Shown piece by piece: positions 19,385 to 30,158 of a stretch of 32,000 nt of DNA. The stretch spans positions 270,001 to 302,000 of the forward strand of contig AP027131.1 in the NCBI GenBank assembly GCA_027925225.1, read 5' to 3'. The notes under the pieces were generated by a model. That model made no database searches. It saw only the letters and a list, made by a program, of their open reading frames with translations, and was not told the origin of the DNA. Both the position numbers and the translations under genes were made by a program. Origin of the DNA: Candidatus Saccharimonadota bacterium. Lineage in GTDB: Bacteria > Bacillota_I > Bacilli_A > Mycoplasmatales > Hepatoplasmataceae. Within the stretch, counting starts at the first letter, position 1; each line of letters starts with the position of its first letter.

Positions 19385-20416
19385 ATGAATTATAAAAAAT
19401 ATTGTTTGGGTTGTGGTGAAATATTACAAATAGAAAATAAAAATTCTGATGGATATACTCCAGATATTAATTTAAAATTTTGTAAGAGTTGTTTTCAAAA
19501 TAAAAACTATGGAATTATAAATGATAATAAAACCTTTTTAAATATTGAAAAAACTTTAATAAAAATAAAGCAAAAAAAATTAAATGTAATTTTAATAATT
19601 GATATTTTAAATCCTTTTGAAACATTATTAAAAAATATTAATAATTATGTAAATAAAAAAAATATTATTTTAATTGTAAATAAAAGGGATATTTTTCCTA
19701 AGTCTATATCTGACTTAAAAATAAAAAAATGAATAGAAAAGATTGCTTTAAAAGCAAATTTTTCATTTAAAAAAATTTTTATTATTTCATCTTTAAAACA
19801 TAAAAATATTGATAATGTTTTTGAATTTTTTGATTCCTTTAAATTTAAGGAATTTGCGGTTATAGGATATTCAAATGTTGGTAAATCACATTTTTTAAAT
19901 TCTCTTTTTGCTTCAAAAAAGGTAAAAATAGAGAATTTAATTTCTAATTCTTTAAGTACAACAAAAAAAGAAATTAAATTAAATTTAAAAAATTTAATTT
20001 TTTATGATTATCCCGGTTTCTTTTTGGAGGGCAACTATTTAAATTTAATTAAAAATTTAGAATTTAAAAAAATAAGTCCGCAAAAAGAAATTAAAGTAAT
20101 TAACTATAATTTAAAAGATTCTCAATTAGTTAAGATTGATAATTATGCTTTTCTTGCTATAAATAATTTAAAAGAATTCAATAATTTTCAATTTATTTTT
20201 TCAAATAATTTAAAAATTTCAAGACACAAATTTGACAAAAACATTATTGATAAAAAATTTAAAAACATTATTTTTAATAATTTAAAAAGTTATGAAAAAT
20301 ATGATTTAATAATTTCGGGTTTAGGAATAATAACTTTTAAAAAATTATCAAATGATTTAACTTTATTTCTTCCTGAAAATGTAAAATATAATTTGCTTGA
20401 AAGTATTTTTTCTTAA
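19385..20416 (+). CDS. yqeH: ribosome biogenesis GTPase YqeH (circularly permuted)
   Basis: Track pieces 19385-19732 and 20024-20416 are joined through one TGA and an open stretch. There is an N-terminal CxxC..CxxC zinc finger. G4 (VNKRD) precedes G1 (GYSNVGKS). 343 aa. Confidence 0.85.
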
Positions 20417-20700
20417 ATATTTATAATTTTAATTTAATAATTAAATTTTTAAAGTTAAAACAGAAATTTATATTCACATAAATGAATCTGGTATTTTATA
20501 TAAAAATGAAATTTTTTTATATGTGAAATTAATTTTTTTAAATAATCAATAACATAAAAATTTTTTAAAAAAATATAATAAAAAGAAATAAAATAATTGG
20601 TGTTTCTAAAAGATTAAATAATTTAAAAAAGAAAAAAATCTTTTAGAAAGTTAAGAAAAATATAACTTTTATCATATTTAATATATTTTATACACTAATG

Positions 20701-20706
20701 TATAAT
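20701..20706 (+). promoter_or_regulatory. -10 box (TATAAT, preceded by TG) for the downstream RNA element
   Basis: The sequence cactaaTGTATAATc sits about 6-10 nt upstream of the start of the structured region. Confidence 0.35.
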
Positions 20707-20711
20707 CTTTT

Positions 20712-20856
20712 TGAGGAAAAATGTTTTTTATTCATTTTTTTTCTAAGATTTTAATTAATTAAAGCGTTATGCGACTAGAAAACATGTGTATTCATTAATC
20801 GTAATCTAAGTACGGGCTTCTAGTGCAAGCAACACAATATGTGTTGCTTTTTTTAT
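20712..20856 (+). ncRNA. unclassified small RNA or cis-regulatory leader upstream of nadD-yqeK
   Basis: The element is bounded by TATAAT (20701) and a strong terminator. A 9-bp stem with a bulge, 20771-20780 / 20818-20826, encloses the hairpin CGUA-AUCUAAG-UACG (20800-20814). The region is locally GC-rich in an otherwise AT-rich spacer. It also contains an SD-preceded 13-codon ORF (20721-20762). Confidence 0.35.
20827..20856 (+). terminator. intrinsic terminator
   Basis: The stem aagcaacac (20827-20835) / gtgttgctt (20841-20849) has loop aatat and is followed by a T-run. Confidence 0.65.
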
Positions 20857-20931
20857 TTAAAACAAAAGGATTTATTTTTTTTATCTTAAATAATGTAAAG
20901 TATAATTCTCTAGAAAGTTTATTAAATTAAA

Positions 20932-22158
20932 ATGAAAATAGGAATTTTAGGTGGCACATTTAACCCTCTTCACAAAGGTCATTTACATATTGCAAGAAAA
21001 ATATATGAAAAAGGAATTGTGGATCAAGTTTGAATGGTGCCAACTTATAGAACACCTAATAAAGCTTTTTTTCCTGAAAAAATTTCTTCAAAACATCGTA
21101 TGAAAATGATTGATGTTGAAATAAAGCATAAAAAATATAATAAATGATTAAAATTAAATGATTATGAAATAAAACAAAAGAGAACTTCTTATACTATTTA
21201 TACAATAGAGTATTTTATTTCTAAATATCCCGAACATGAATTTTATCTTATTATGGGTGATGACGTTTTTAAGACATTTAAGAATTGAAAAAATTATGAA
21301 AAAATTCTAGAAAAAACAAAATTAATTGTTTACAAAAGAAATGGTCTTAGTGAAAAAGAACAAAAAAAATATCCAATTATTTATATTAATGATATTGTTT
21401 ATAATATTTCATCTACAGATATATTATCAAAACTTTTATGGGAAAAAATTCCAAATAACACAAGAAAATACATTGCAAAGAAAAAATTATATTTAAAATC
21501 AATTATTTTTTATAAATTATATGAAACAAAAAGATTTGAGCATTCTCTTTCGGTTGCCAGTTATGCAAAAAGGCTTTCTCAAAAAAAAGAAAATATAATG
21601 ATAACCTTTTCAGATAATTCTGAATTTTATTTTAAAAAAATTTTTAAAAAGGGTAATTTAAATAAACAAGAAAGAGCATATTATGCTGGTCTTATGCATG
21701 ATATGTTTAAATATGACAGCGAAGCGAGTTTAATAAAAATTATAAGCGAAAACTCTAATTGAGCACTTCCTCATAAAGATGTAATGCATGGTTATGCTGC
21801 CGCAATTTGACTACAATCATTTTATTGAATAAAAGATGAAAAATTAACAAATGCTATTAAAAAGCATACTATGCCTGATGATAATATGAAATCATTAGAT
21901 AAAATTGTTTATGTTGCTGATAAAATTTCCGGTGATAGAAAAGGTGATGAAATTCTTCATTTAAGAAAAATGGCTTTTTTAGATTTAAATGAAACATTTA
22001 AAAAACTTTTAAAAAAACAATATGATCAATTAGTAGAATTAAAATTAAAAATTCCTGAAACTTTTGAAAATTCATATAAAAAATATGTTTTAGAAGAGAA
22101 AATAAAAAATAAAAAAGGAAAATGAAATAAAAATGTATTCTTTAAACGACTTAATTAA
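20932..22158 (+). CDS. nadD: nicotinate-nucleotide adenylyltransferase fused to YqeK-type HD phosphohydrolase
   Basis: A single frame runs from ATG 20932 across nine TGA codons. The N-terminal domain has GILGGTFNPLHKGHL (an HxGH nucleotidyltransferase) and ISSTDIL. The C-terminal domain has RFEHSLSVA, GLMHDMFK and YVADKIS (YqeK HD domain). The track shows only 21871-22125. Under code 4 the frame ends at TAA 22156-22158. Confidence 0.88.
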
Positions 22159-23179
22159 AAATAAAAATATTTGATTTAAAAATCCTGATGATTGTTTATA
22201 TCTTACAAATTTTGAATCAAGCAATTTAAATGTTTTTTATATTTCTGGAGAATGATATGCCTTAACAGATGATCGTTACATTGAAGCTGCGAAAAGTAAA
22301 ATAAAAAATATGAAAGTTATAAATATTTCTGATTTTTCTTTTAAAAACAATTTTCTTCCTAAAATAATAGAAACAGACAATACACTTTATATTGATGAAA
22401 ATAATTTTACATTAAGAGAATATAAAAATTTTAAAGATAGATATAAAAAAATAAAAATATTACATATTGATTTATCAAATATTAGAACAATAAAAAATGA
22501 TGAAGAAATTAATTTAATAAAAAAAGCTTGTAAAATAACAGATTCAATTTTTAAAAAATTTATTGAATATGTAAAACCGGGAATTAGTGAAAAAAAATTA
22601 GAAAAAGTAATTTTAAAATTAATTATAGAATCAGAAGCTGATAATATTTCCTTTTGACCAATTATAGCAGCGGGGGAAAATTCTGCAAGTCCGCATTGAA
22701 AAGCAAGTGATTATATTTTAAAAAAAGATGACATTATTACATTAGATTTTGGAGTAAAATATAAAAATTATGTTTCAGATATGACAAGAACTTTTGCTGT
22801 AAAAAATGATGTTTCAATAGAAGAAGAAAAAATTCACTCTTTAGTATTAAGGGGTCTTAATCTTGCAATAAAAAATGCAAAAGTAGGTGTTGAAATAAAA
22901 AAATTAGATGAATTGGTAAGAAAGGAATTTGAAAAAGAAGGATATGAAAAAAATTTTAATCATGCCTTAGGCCATGGAATAGGAATTAATATTCATGAAA
23001 ATCCATTAATTTATTCATATAATTCTGAAATTCTAAAGGAAAATATGATTATTACAATAGAACCAGGAATTTATATTCCAGGAAAATATGGTTGTAGAAT
23101 TGAACAAGATATTTTAATAAAAAAAGATAAAGCAATTGAATTAAATAAAGCAAATAAAAATCTTAATTTAAAAAGATAA
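22133..23179 (+). CDS. pepP: M24-family Xaa-Pro aminopeptidase/dipeptidase
   Basis: ATG 22133 is in frame with the track pieces 22310-22657 and 22781-23179 via TGA. The metal-ligand motifs are DFGVKYKNYVSDMTRTF, HALGHGIGINIHENP and ITIEPGIYIPGKYGCRIEQD. 348 aa. Confidence 0.88.
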
Positions 23180-23191
23180 TTATTTTTTAAA

Positions 23192-24994
23192 TTAATTGTT
23201 GAATGGAATTGTATAAGTTATTTCATCTATATAATTAGCAGAAATTTCTCCTGTGAGATCACCAAATCAATCATATTCAAAAATTGTCGTATCTAAGTAA
23301 ATTTCTATTTCATCTCCAGCAAAAAATAAATCATCATTTGGTGTTGGATCGTTGTTAAATATAACATAAGTATTATCTTCGCATAAAATATCATAAACAT
23401 CTTCTTTAAATAATATTGGTTCACTATTATTTAAAGAATAATAGATATCAATTTTTGCATTTGGATTATATGCTACATTACCTTCATCATTTCTTCAAAT
23501 ATTCTCTGTTCTCATTGTAAGAGCATAAGGAGAATCTGGGTTTGTTGTATTATAAAGCGTATCAAAAGTTAATCCACCATAATGTATATTAGAAGAATAT
23601 AAGTAATTATTATCTGCGCCATAATATACTTGTGGTGCTGTATATGCTTCACTGTGTTTAAATGAATCGTAATTCCCGCCACTAATCGAATCATAAACTG
23701 GTGTTAAATCACTACCATATCACATTTCTGTTTGCACTGTAAATATTAGTGAGTTGGGTTCATATAATGATATTAAATTTAAACAAATATCATTATGAAC
23801 AATATCATAAAAATAATAGGTATAAAATGAACTGTATGAATTAATTTCAAGAAAAGCATCTGTTAAATATTGAAATGTATCAATGTTGTCTTCTTCTTGA
23901 ACATAAACTGTGTAATGAATATAAGAGTTTTCAGATTTGTCATAATTATTATCATTAATTAATGTATTTATTTGTAAATCATCATTTGAAATAAAGTATG
24001 CTGATGATTGAATAAATGGAATTCCATAAATGTCAGCATAAAAAGGTTTAGAAAAGGTTAAAAATCAAGGTTCATCATTTTCAGAATCAGGATATGTATT
24101 TTTTGCAATACCAGCACCAATCATTAAATATTGATCATCAAAAGTTAAATTTTTAGTTTTTTCTAAATCATAATTTGAAGTCTTTACATTATTAAAAGTA
24201 TAATCATTTATACCATCAGGTATTTCAAATTGATAAATAATAACATCTAAAATATTATCAATAACATTTTCATAATCTTCTTTTCTATTTTTGTCATTTA
24301 AAAATTTATTTGCTTTTGTAGCTAATGTGATAATATCTGTTTCTTTAATTTTGTTAATATTTGAAATTGAATCTTCATTTATAAAATATAATGCAGCAGA
24401 AGATTTATTGTAAAAATATGAATCAACATTTGGAGCAATTTCTCCTATTGTATAAAACTCTCCATTTCTATTTGTGCTAATAGTCATATCTTCTTCTGAT
24501 TTTGACTCTACTTCAATATCTATATTTGAAGATTTATGCATTGTATAACTTCCAAGTTCTCCAGTTTCTTTTCCTCAAAGTGACCATTCTATTTCATAAT
24601 AAATATAAAAAGTTTCTTCATCTTCGCTTCCTGTACTTATATTTTTAAAAATATAAGTATTTGCATCTTCTTTTAATTCTTGATTTTGTATTTTTGAAGC
24701 ATCTTTTGTTTCTGTTTCTTGCATTCAAACATTTGCTTCTTTGATATTTGAGTGATGTGTATTAAAATCTATATTTACTCATAATTGATCATTATTTTGA
24801 TAAAAAGAGGGAGTATTATCATTTGATATTAAACTTACATCTGGCTTTTTTCAATCTCAAAAAACAGATGAAATTATTCCTGTATATCTTAAAAAAATAA
24901 AAATCATACATAAAATAATAAAAAATATAATAATAATATTTCTTATTTTTTTTCAAAAAGATATTAAAATAAAATTTCTATTTTTTTCTTCCAT
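23192..24994 (-). CDS. membrane-anchored extracellular protein (600 aa), third gene of the ABC operon
   Basis: ATG 24994 lies 4 nt after the permease stop. I checked the frame codon by codon to TAA 23192-23194; only TGA interruptions occur, and the track shows only 24065-24541. A single N-terminal TM (IIIIFFIILCMIFIFL) is followed by a Tyr/Asn/Asp-rich ectodomain. I recognise no motif. Confidence 0.8.
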
Positions 24995-24998
24995 GCTA

Positions 24999-27900
24999 CT
25001 AATCCCTTCCTAAAACTTCTATTGCATTTTGCCTTTTAAATGTTCAATAAACAATATAAATTAAAATTGCAAAAAATACAAATATTCCTAATATTATATA
25101 AATTCATTGCAGATAATTAATTCCTAGACTTATTGAAAATCCCATACCAAAAATTGAAGAAATATATTTTGATAAAAATAAAAAGAATAAAACATTTATT
25201 GGAATAATTATTAAAAATGATAAAAACATAATTAAAAGATATGGCATTATTACTAAAAAAGTTGCTCTTTTATTAGAATATCCTAATGCTTTAAGTGTTG
25301 ATACTTCTCTTCCAGAGTCATTTGCTATTTCCTTTATTGAGATACTTATTAATGAAATTGCAATAAAAATTGAAAAAAATATAAAAACAAAAAATATAAC
25401 AATTATAATTGCCGCAATAAAATTAACTTGATCTTCTATAACGGATTTACTTACGATATTATCATAATCACCATAAAAATCATTGTATAAAAAAGAATTT
25501 AATAATGTATCACCATCAGAAAAATTATTTGAAGTAAAAGCGTAATATTCTTCTTGTTGAGATTCTACTTGAAAAATAATATGAGTTTTTAAATTATTTT
25601 CATAATTAGAAACATATTGAAATAATGTGGCTGCTCCAAAAGGAAAAGTATTATTATAAATTCCAACAACTTCAACAGCAACAGGACCATTTACACCAGA
25701 TAATCTTAAATCATTATAAAGTTTATTATTTTCTTCATCAATAAAACCAGAAGTATAAATATCACCTACATTAACATTTAATCTTTCGGCATTATGGTTA
25801 TCAATTACTATAGGAATTGTTTCTACGGTTTTTTTATCTCCTGATGAATTTGATGTTACTTCAATTTCTTTGGGTTGATAATTTTCTAATATTTTAGCAT
25901 CAGCATCATCAAAATTTATTATTTTACTAAAATCGTTATAGTTTGGAACCATACTTATTCATTGATCATTAAAATTATCACTTTCTTCGGCTGTGTTATC
26001 TTTATATTTTGTAAGATTATATTCTCTTGTTCTATAAGATTGATCTTCTGAAATAACTCATGATGTTGGTTGTTTTTCAGAAATAACTTCTTCACTTTCT
26101 GGAAGATCTTCATTTATTTGAGCAATAAATTCATCAACTGTAGGATTACCAAAAACATCATTTGAAGTTTTATCATGATCATAAGAATATACATATTCTT
26201 CTCCTCAAGATTCATTTTGATTGTAATCTTCTCTTGTATAAAGCACACCATCATATCCAGAAACAACATGTACTCCTAATTGATTAATATTTGTTATTTC
26301 TTTATTTGTATAAGAATCTATATATGTATCTCAGCTAAATGAGGAAAACGTTGCTTGGGTTTCGTTTTCTGAATTATAAATTACTTGATTCATTGTGATA
26401 TCTGGTCTTATAATTTCTGCATCATCATCTTTTTCTATTGATGAATTGTAATTTAAATATTTAATATATTGTGCATAAATATTTTCATATTGTCCCATTG
26501 TAAGACCTGTTGTTGAAAGTGAAGTATTTTTTTCACTACTTGAAGGAGAAGAATCTCCATTTACATAATTTATTCCAGCATTTAATAGTTCAAATGCTTG
26601 TCAAGGAATTACCATTGTGCTTTGATAAAATTTTGTATTCTCAATATAACTACCATAAGTTAAATCAAATCATTCTGCTCTTTCCGAATAAGTGTTCATA
26701 TATGTTTCGGGAGCAATATAGTTATTAAAAAAATCATTTATTTCTTGTTCCACTTCTTCATCATTGCCATCAATTTGAAGTAGTTCTGCTTCTTGATTAG
26801 AATCAAGATTAACAAAAGTGTAATAACTTAAGACTAAAGGATCAATATCAGAACTTTCTATATAATTTGTATCTTCTGTGTTATTTATAATAAATGCATT
26901 TTCAAATGTTAAAGATTCATTTATTAACTCTGTTCCACTATTTACTAAATTAACACCAGAAAATGAAAATGAAATAATTAATACAGAAAATAAAACTGAA
27001 ATAAAAAGAACTGATGATTTCCCAATGCTTCGCAAGGTTATTTTTATTCTATAAGCATTTTTAAAATTATGTAATCTATTAGTAATTCCACTTGTTGCTC
27101 TTATTAAAATATTTGGTTTATATTCATCAACATCATTTATTAAATTTAAAGTAGGTTTTTTAAGCATTTTTAATGTTGAAAAATACGAAATTACTAATAA
27201 AATAACTATAGGTAAAATGAAAACTACAAATATTGTTATTCATGGGAAAGCAATACTACCCGCGGAAATTAAGTAAGTTTTTTTCCATATAAATATTCAT
27301 AAAAATTGTACAAAAAAACCAAGAATTATCGCTAAGATGCCACCCAAGAGAATAATCATTATTGGAAAAGAAATAAAAGAAATTGCAATCTTTTGCGGAG
27401 TTCAGCCTAATGCTTTTAAGGTTCCAATTTCTTTTGCGGAGCTTTTTATTTTTTTTCTTATTAAAATAATAAGAGTAAAAATTATAATGATAAGAAAAAA
27501 AATAACAAATACAACAATAAGTAAATTCATTAATTCTGCTTCTGCAAAAACCGTTTCTACTTGAATTGCATTATAATCGTTTATATTATTAAATTTTCTT
27601 ACTTGCACATTTGAAAAAAATGTAAAAAGTAATTTGTTTAATTGTTGATTATAATTATCAATTTGTTTTTCTATTATATTACTTGTGTAGTCATTATAAT
27701 GTTCTACATCATTATATAAATCTGAAAAACCAATAAATAACATTGGCTGTGCTACTGGCGCAAAATATTCTAAAAATGATTTTGTATTCATTAATACATA
27801 TGTTTGCTCGCTCACATCTGGAATTGGTTTAGAAATTGAAAAAGATGGAAAAACATATTCTGGCGCTCTAAAAGTAACAACAATTTTAGCTTGTATGTTT

Positions 27901-28763
27901 GTTCCAAAAGGCTGAGGAAGAGATATTATATCTCCGACTTCCTTATTATTTAATTCGGCCCAATCAGCTCCAATTCCAATTTTTACATCATAATCATCTC
28001 CTGATGCAGGAATGTTATTATCTAAAAACAAATCATTGATTCCTGCTGGTGTAAGAGAATCAACAACTTGATAATCATCTACTAAAACATTATTTGTTGA
28101 GCTACTTGCTGAATTAGTAGATTGTGTTAAAGTTGATTGACGATAATCTGTTAAAAGATATGAGTCAAGAGATTGCGGACTTCCTCTTACATAGTCATAA
28201 AGCATTTTTGTAATATCATAATTATTTAATGCGATATATTGATAACCTTCAGCGCTTATCTCATTAGACATATAATAAGTTAATTCATATTTTCAAAGAA
28301 GATTTTTCATATCATCATTTTCTAGATAAATTGAAACCTCTTTGTATCCAAGCAGATATAGCATTAAATCAGTAATATCAGGATTAAAATTAAAATATTC
28401 TAAAAGAAAATTTGATATTTCATCATTTTCATCAAATGTAAAAAAAGAATCGCTATATTTTTCCACATTTTTTAAGTCTAAATAAGAAAAATGAAGATTC
28501 TCTTCTATGAATAACTCATCAAGAGAATTTCCAATTCTTTTTGAAGCTTGAATAGTTCCTGCCGCGATTGAAAAAGTTACTCCAAAAAATATAATTAAAA
28601 GAATGGAAGAAAACAAACTTTTAAAAGTTGAATTAAATGAAGATTTAAAAAGTCTTCTTGATGTTTTAAAATAAAATAAAGTTTTGATTAAAACATAAAC
28701 TGTAATAATTGCAAAAATAATGATAAGGAGGATTATAATGAATCTTACTATTTCATATCACAT
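24999..28763 (-). CDS. MacB/FtsX-type ABC transporter permease, internally duplicated (1254 aa)
   Basis: Track pieces 28293-28616, 27402-28271, 26670-27167 and 25104-25952 share one frame. I checked all gaps codon by codon and found only TGA. The gene starts at ATG 28763, with GGAGG upstream, and ends at TAG 24999-25001. It has two FtsX modules (KEIGTLKALGW.. and REVSTLKALGYS..), each preceded by a TM and a large extracytoplasmic domain ending in a MacB-type VGD(I)... segment. Confidence 0.9.
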
Positions 28764-28770
28764 TTTTTTA

Positions 28771-29994
28771 TTAAACCTCCATCTTTAATGAATCAACTGA
28801 AATTTTGTTTTTATTTTTTGTAAAAGATTCTATCTTTCCATTTCCAATTGTTAAAATATAATCTCCAATTTTTTTTATTTCAGTATTATGAGTAACTAAA
28901 ACAATTGTAGTTTTATATTTTTCTATAATATTTTTAAAAATTTTAAGTACATCTTTTCCAGTTTTTTTGTCTAATGCACCAGTTGGTTCATCGGCTATTA
29001 ATATTTTTGGATTTTTTATTAAAGCTCTTGCAATTGATGCTCTTTGCTTTTGCCCTCCTGAAAGTTGGTGTGGGTATTTTTCCAATTGCTCTTCAATATT
29101 TAAATCTTTTGCAATATCTTTTAAATCTAATTTATTTTTTTGATTTTGCAAAAGATCTGCTCCTAATAAAATATTATCTTTTATTGTTAATGTTGGAATT
29201 AAATTATAAGATTGAAAAACAAAAGATATATTTTCTTCTCTAAATTTAGTCCTTTGTTTTTCATTCAGATATTTTAAATTTCTTTTTAAAATAACAATAT
29301 CTCCATCTTCAGTTTCTAATAAACCTGAAATTACATTTATTATTGTTGATTTTCCTGCGCCTGATGGACCATTTATTATTAACATATTTTCTTTTGGAAT
29401 TTTTAAATCCAAATCTACCAAAACATGTTCAATTTTATTTTCATAAATAAAAAATTTATTTACATGTTTTAAATCAATATCATAATCTGATTTTTCAAAA
29501 CCAAATTGGTATTTTCCAATATATTCATTTAATTCTTTTAAAAAACCTTTTTTAAAAATATTTTTAAAAATTTTATGTCTGTAAATATTTCTTTCAAATT
29601 TACTTCTATTATTTAAAAGTTTATTTATTTTTTTAAAATCCTTTTTTGAAAGAAAATCAAATTCTTTTTGATTTGTTAAAAATGTTTTTATTAGTATTAA
29701 ATTAATTAAAAGAGATTTTGGAGTTTTGTTATCAATGTTTTTTTCTCCTAGTTTTTTTAATGTTTCTACTAATTCTTCTTTTTTCTTTTTTTTTCAATAT
29801 GAATTTTCTAATATTTCTTGATTATGAATAAAATTTTCATATTTTTCTTCATTATTTTCAAAAAAATCAATTAAAAGTAATTTTAATTTTTTATAACTCA
29901 ATTTTTCATCAAAATTTATTTGATATTTTAGTAATTGATTACCTAACAATTCTTTATTGCTTTTTTTTATTTTAATTTTTTTATTTTTGTTCAC
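28771..29994 (-). CDS. ABC transporter ATP-binding protein (MacB/LolD-like) with ~190-aa N-terminal extension
   Basis: Track pieces 29794-29994 and 28771-29421 are in the same frame. I checked the gap codon by codon and found one TGA and no TAA/TAG. The motifs are Walker A GPSGAGKST, Q-loop, the signature LSGGQKQR, and Walker B ILIADEPTGALD. The gene starts at GTG 29994, and the upstream in-frame stop is at 30010-30012. Confidence 0.9.
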
Positions 29995-30158
29995 AATTTT
30001 ATTTTTATTTTAAAAATTATAAATTAAATATTTTTTACTAGATTATTTTTACATTTATAAATTAGTAATATTCCTTTAATTTTTTAGATTTTTATTTAAT
30101 GGTAGAATTGAAATATTATTAATAAAATAAACACACAATTTTTTATAGGTAAATAAAA

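Noticed and set aside
22123-22125. TGA 22123 as the true stop of nadD-yqeK
   Set aside because: TGA is demonstrably sense everywhere else in the window. Under code 4 the frame runs 11 more codons to TAA 22156-22158. If context-dependent termination occurred, the protein would simply be 11 aa shorter.
24900-24994. Lipoprotein signal peptide in the 600-aa ABC-linked protein
   Set aside because: The only Cys (..FFIILCMIFIFL..) lies mid-helix with hydrophobic residues on both sides and has no [LVI][ASTG][GAS]C lipobox. The protein is interpreted as having an uncleaved signal anchor.
26510-29243. Plus-strand ORFs 26510-26728, 27337-27564 and 28974-29243
   Set aside because: They are antisense to the ABC permease and ATPase genes, whose frames I verified codon by codon.
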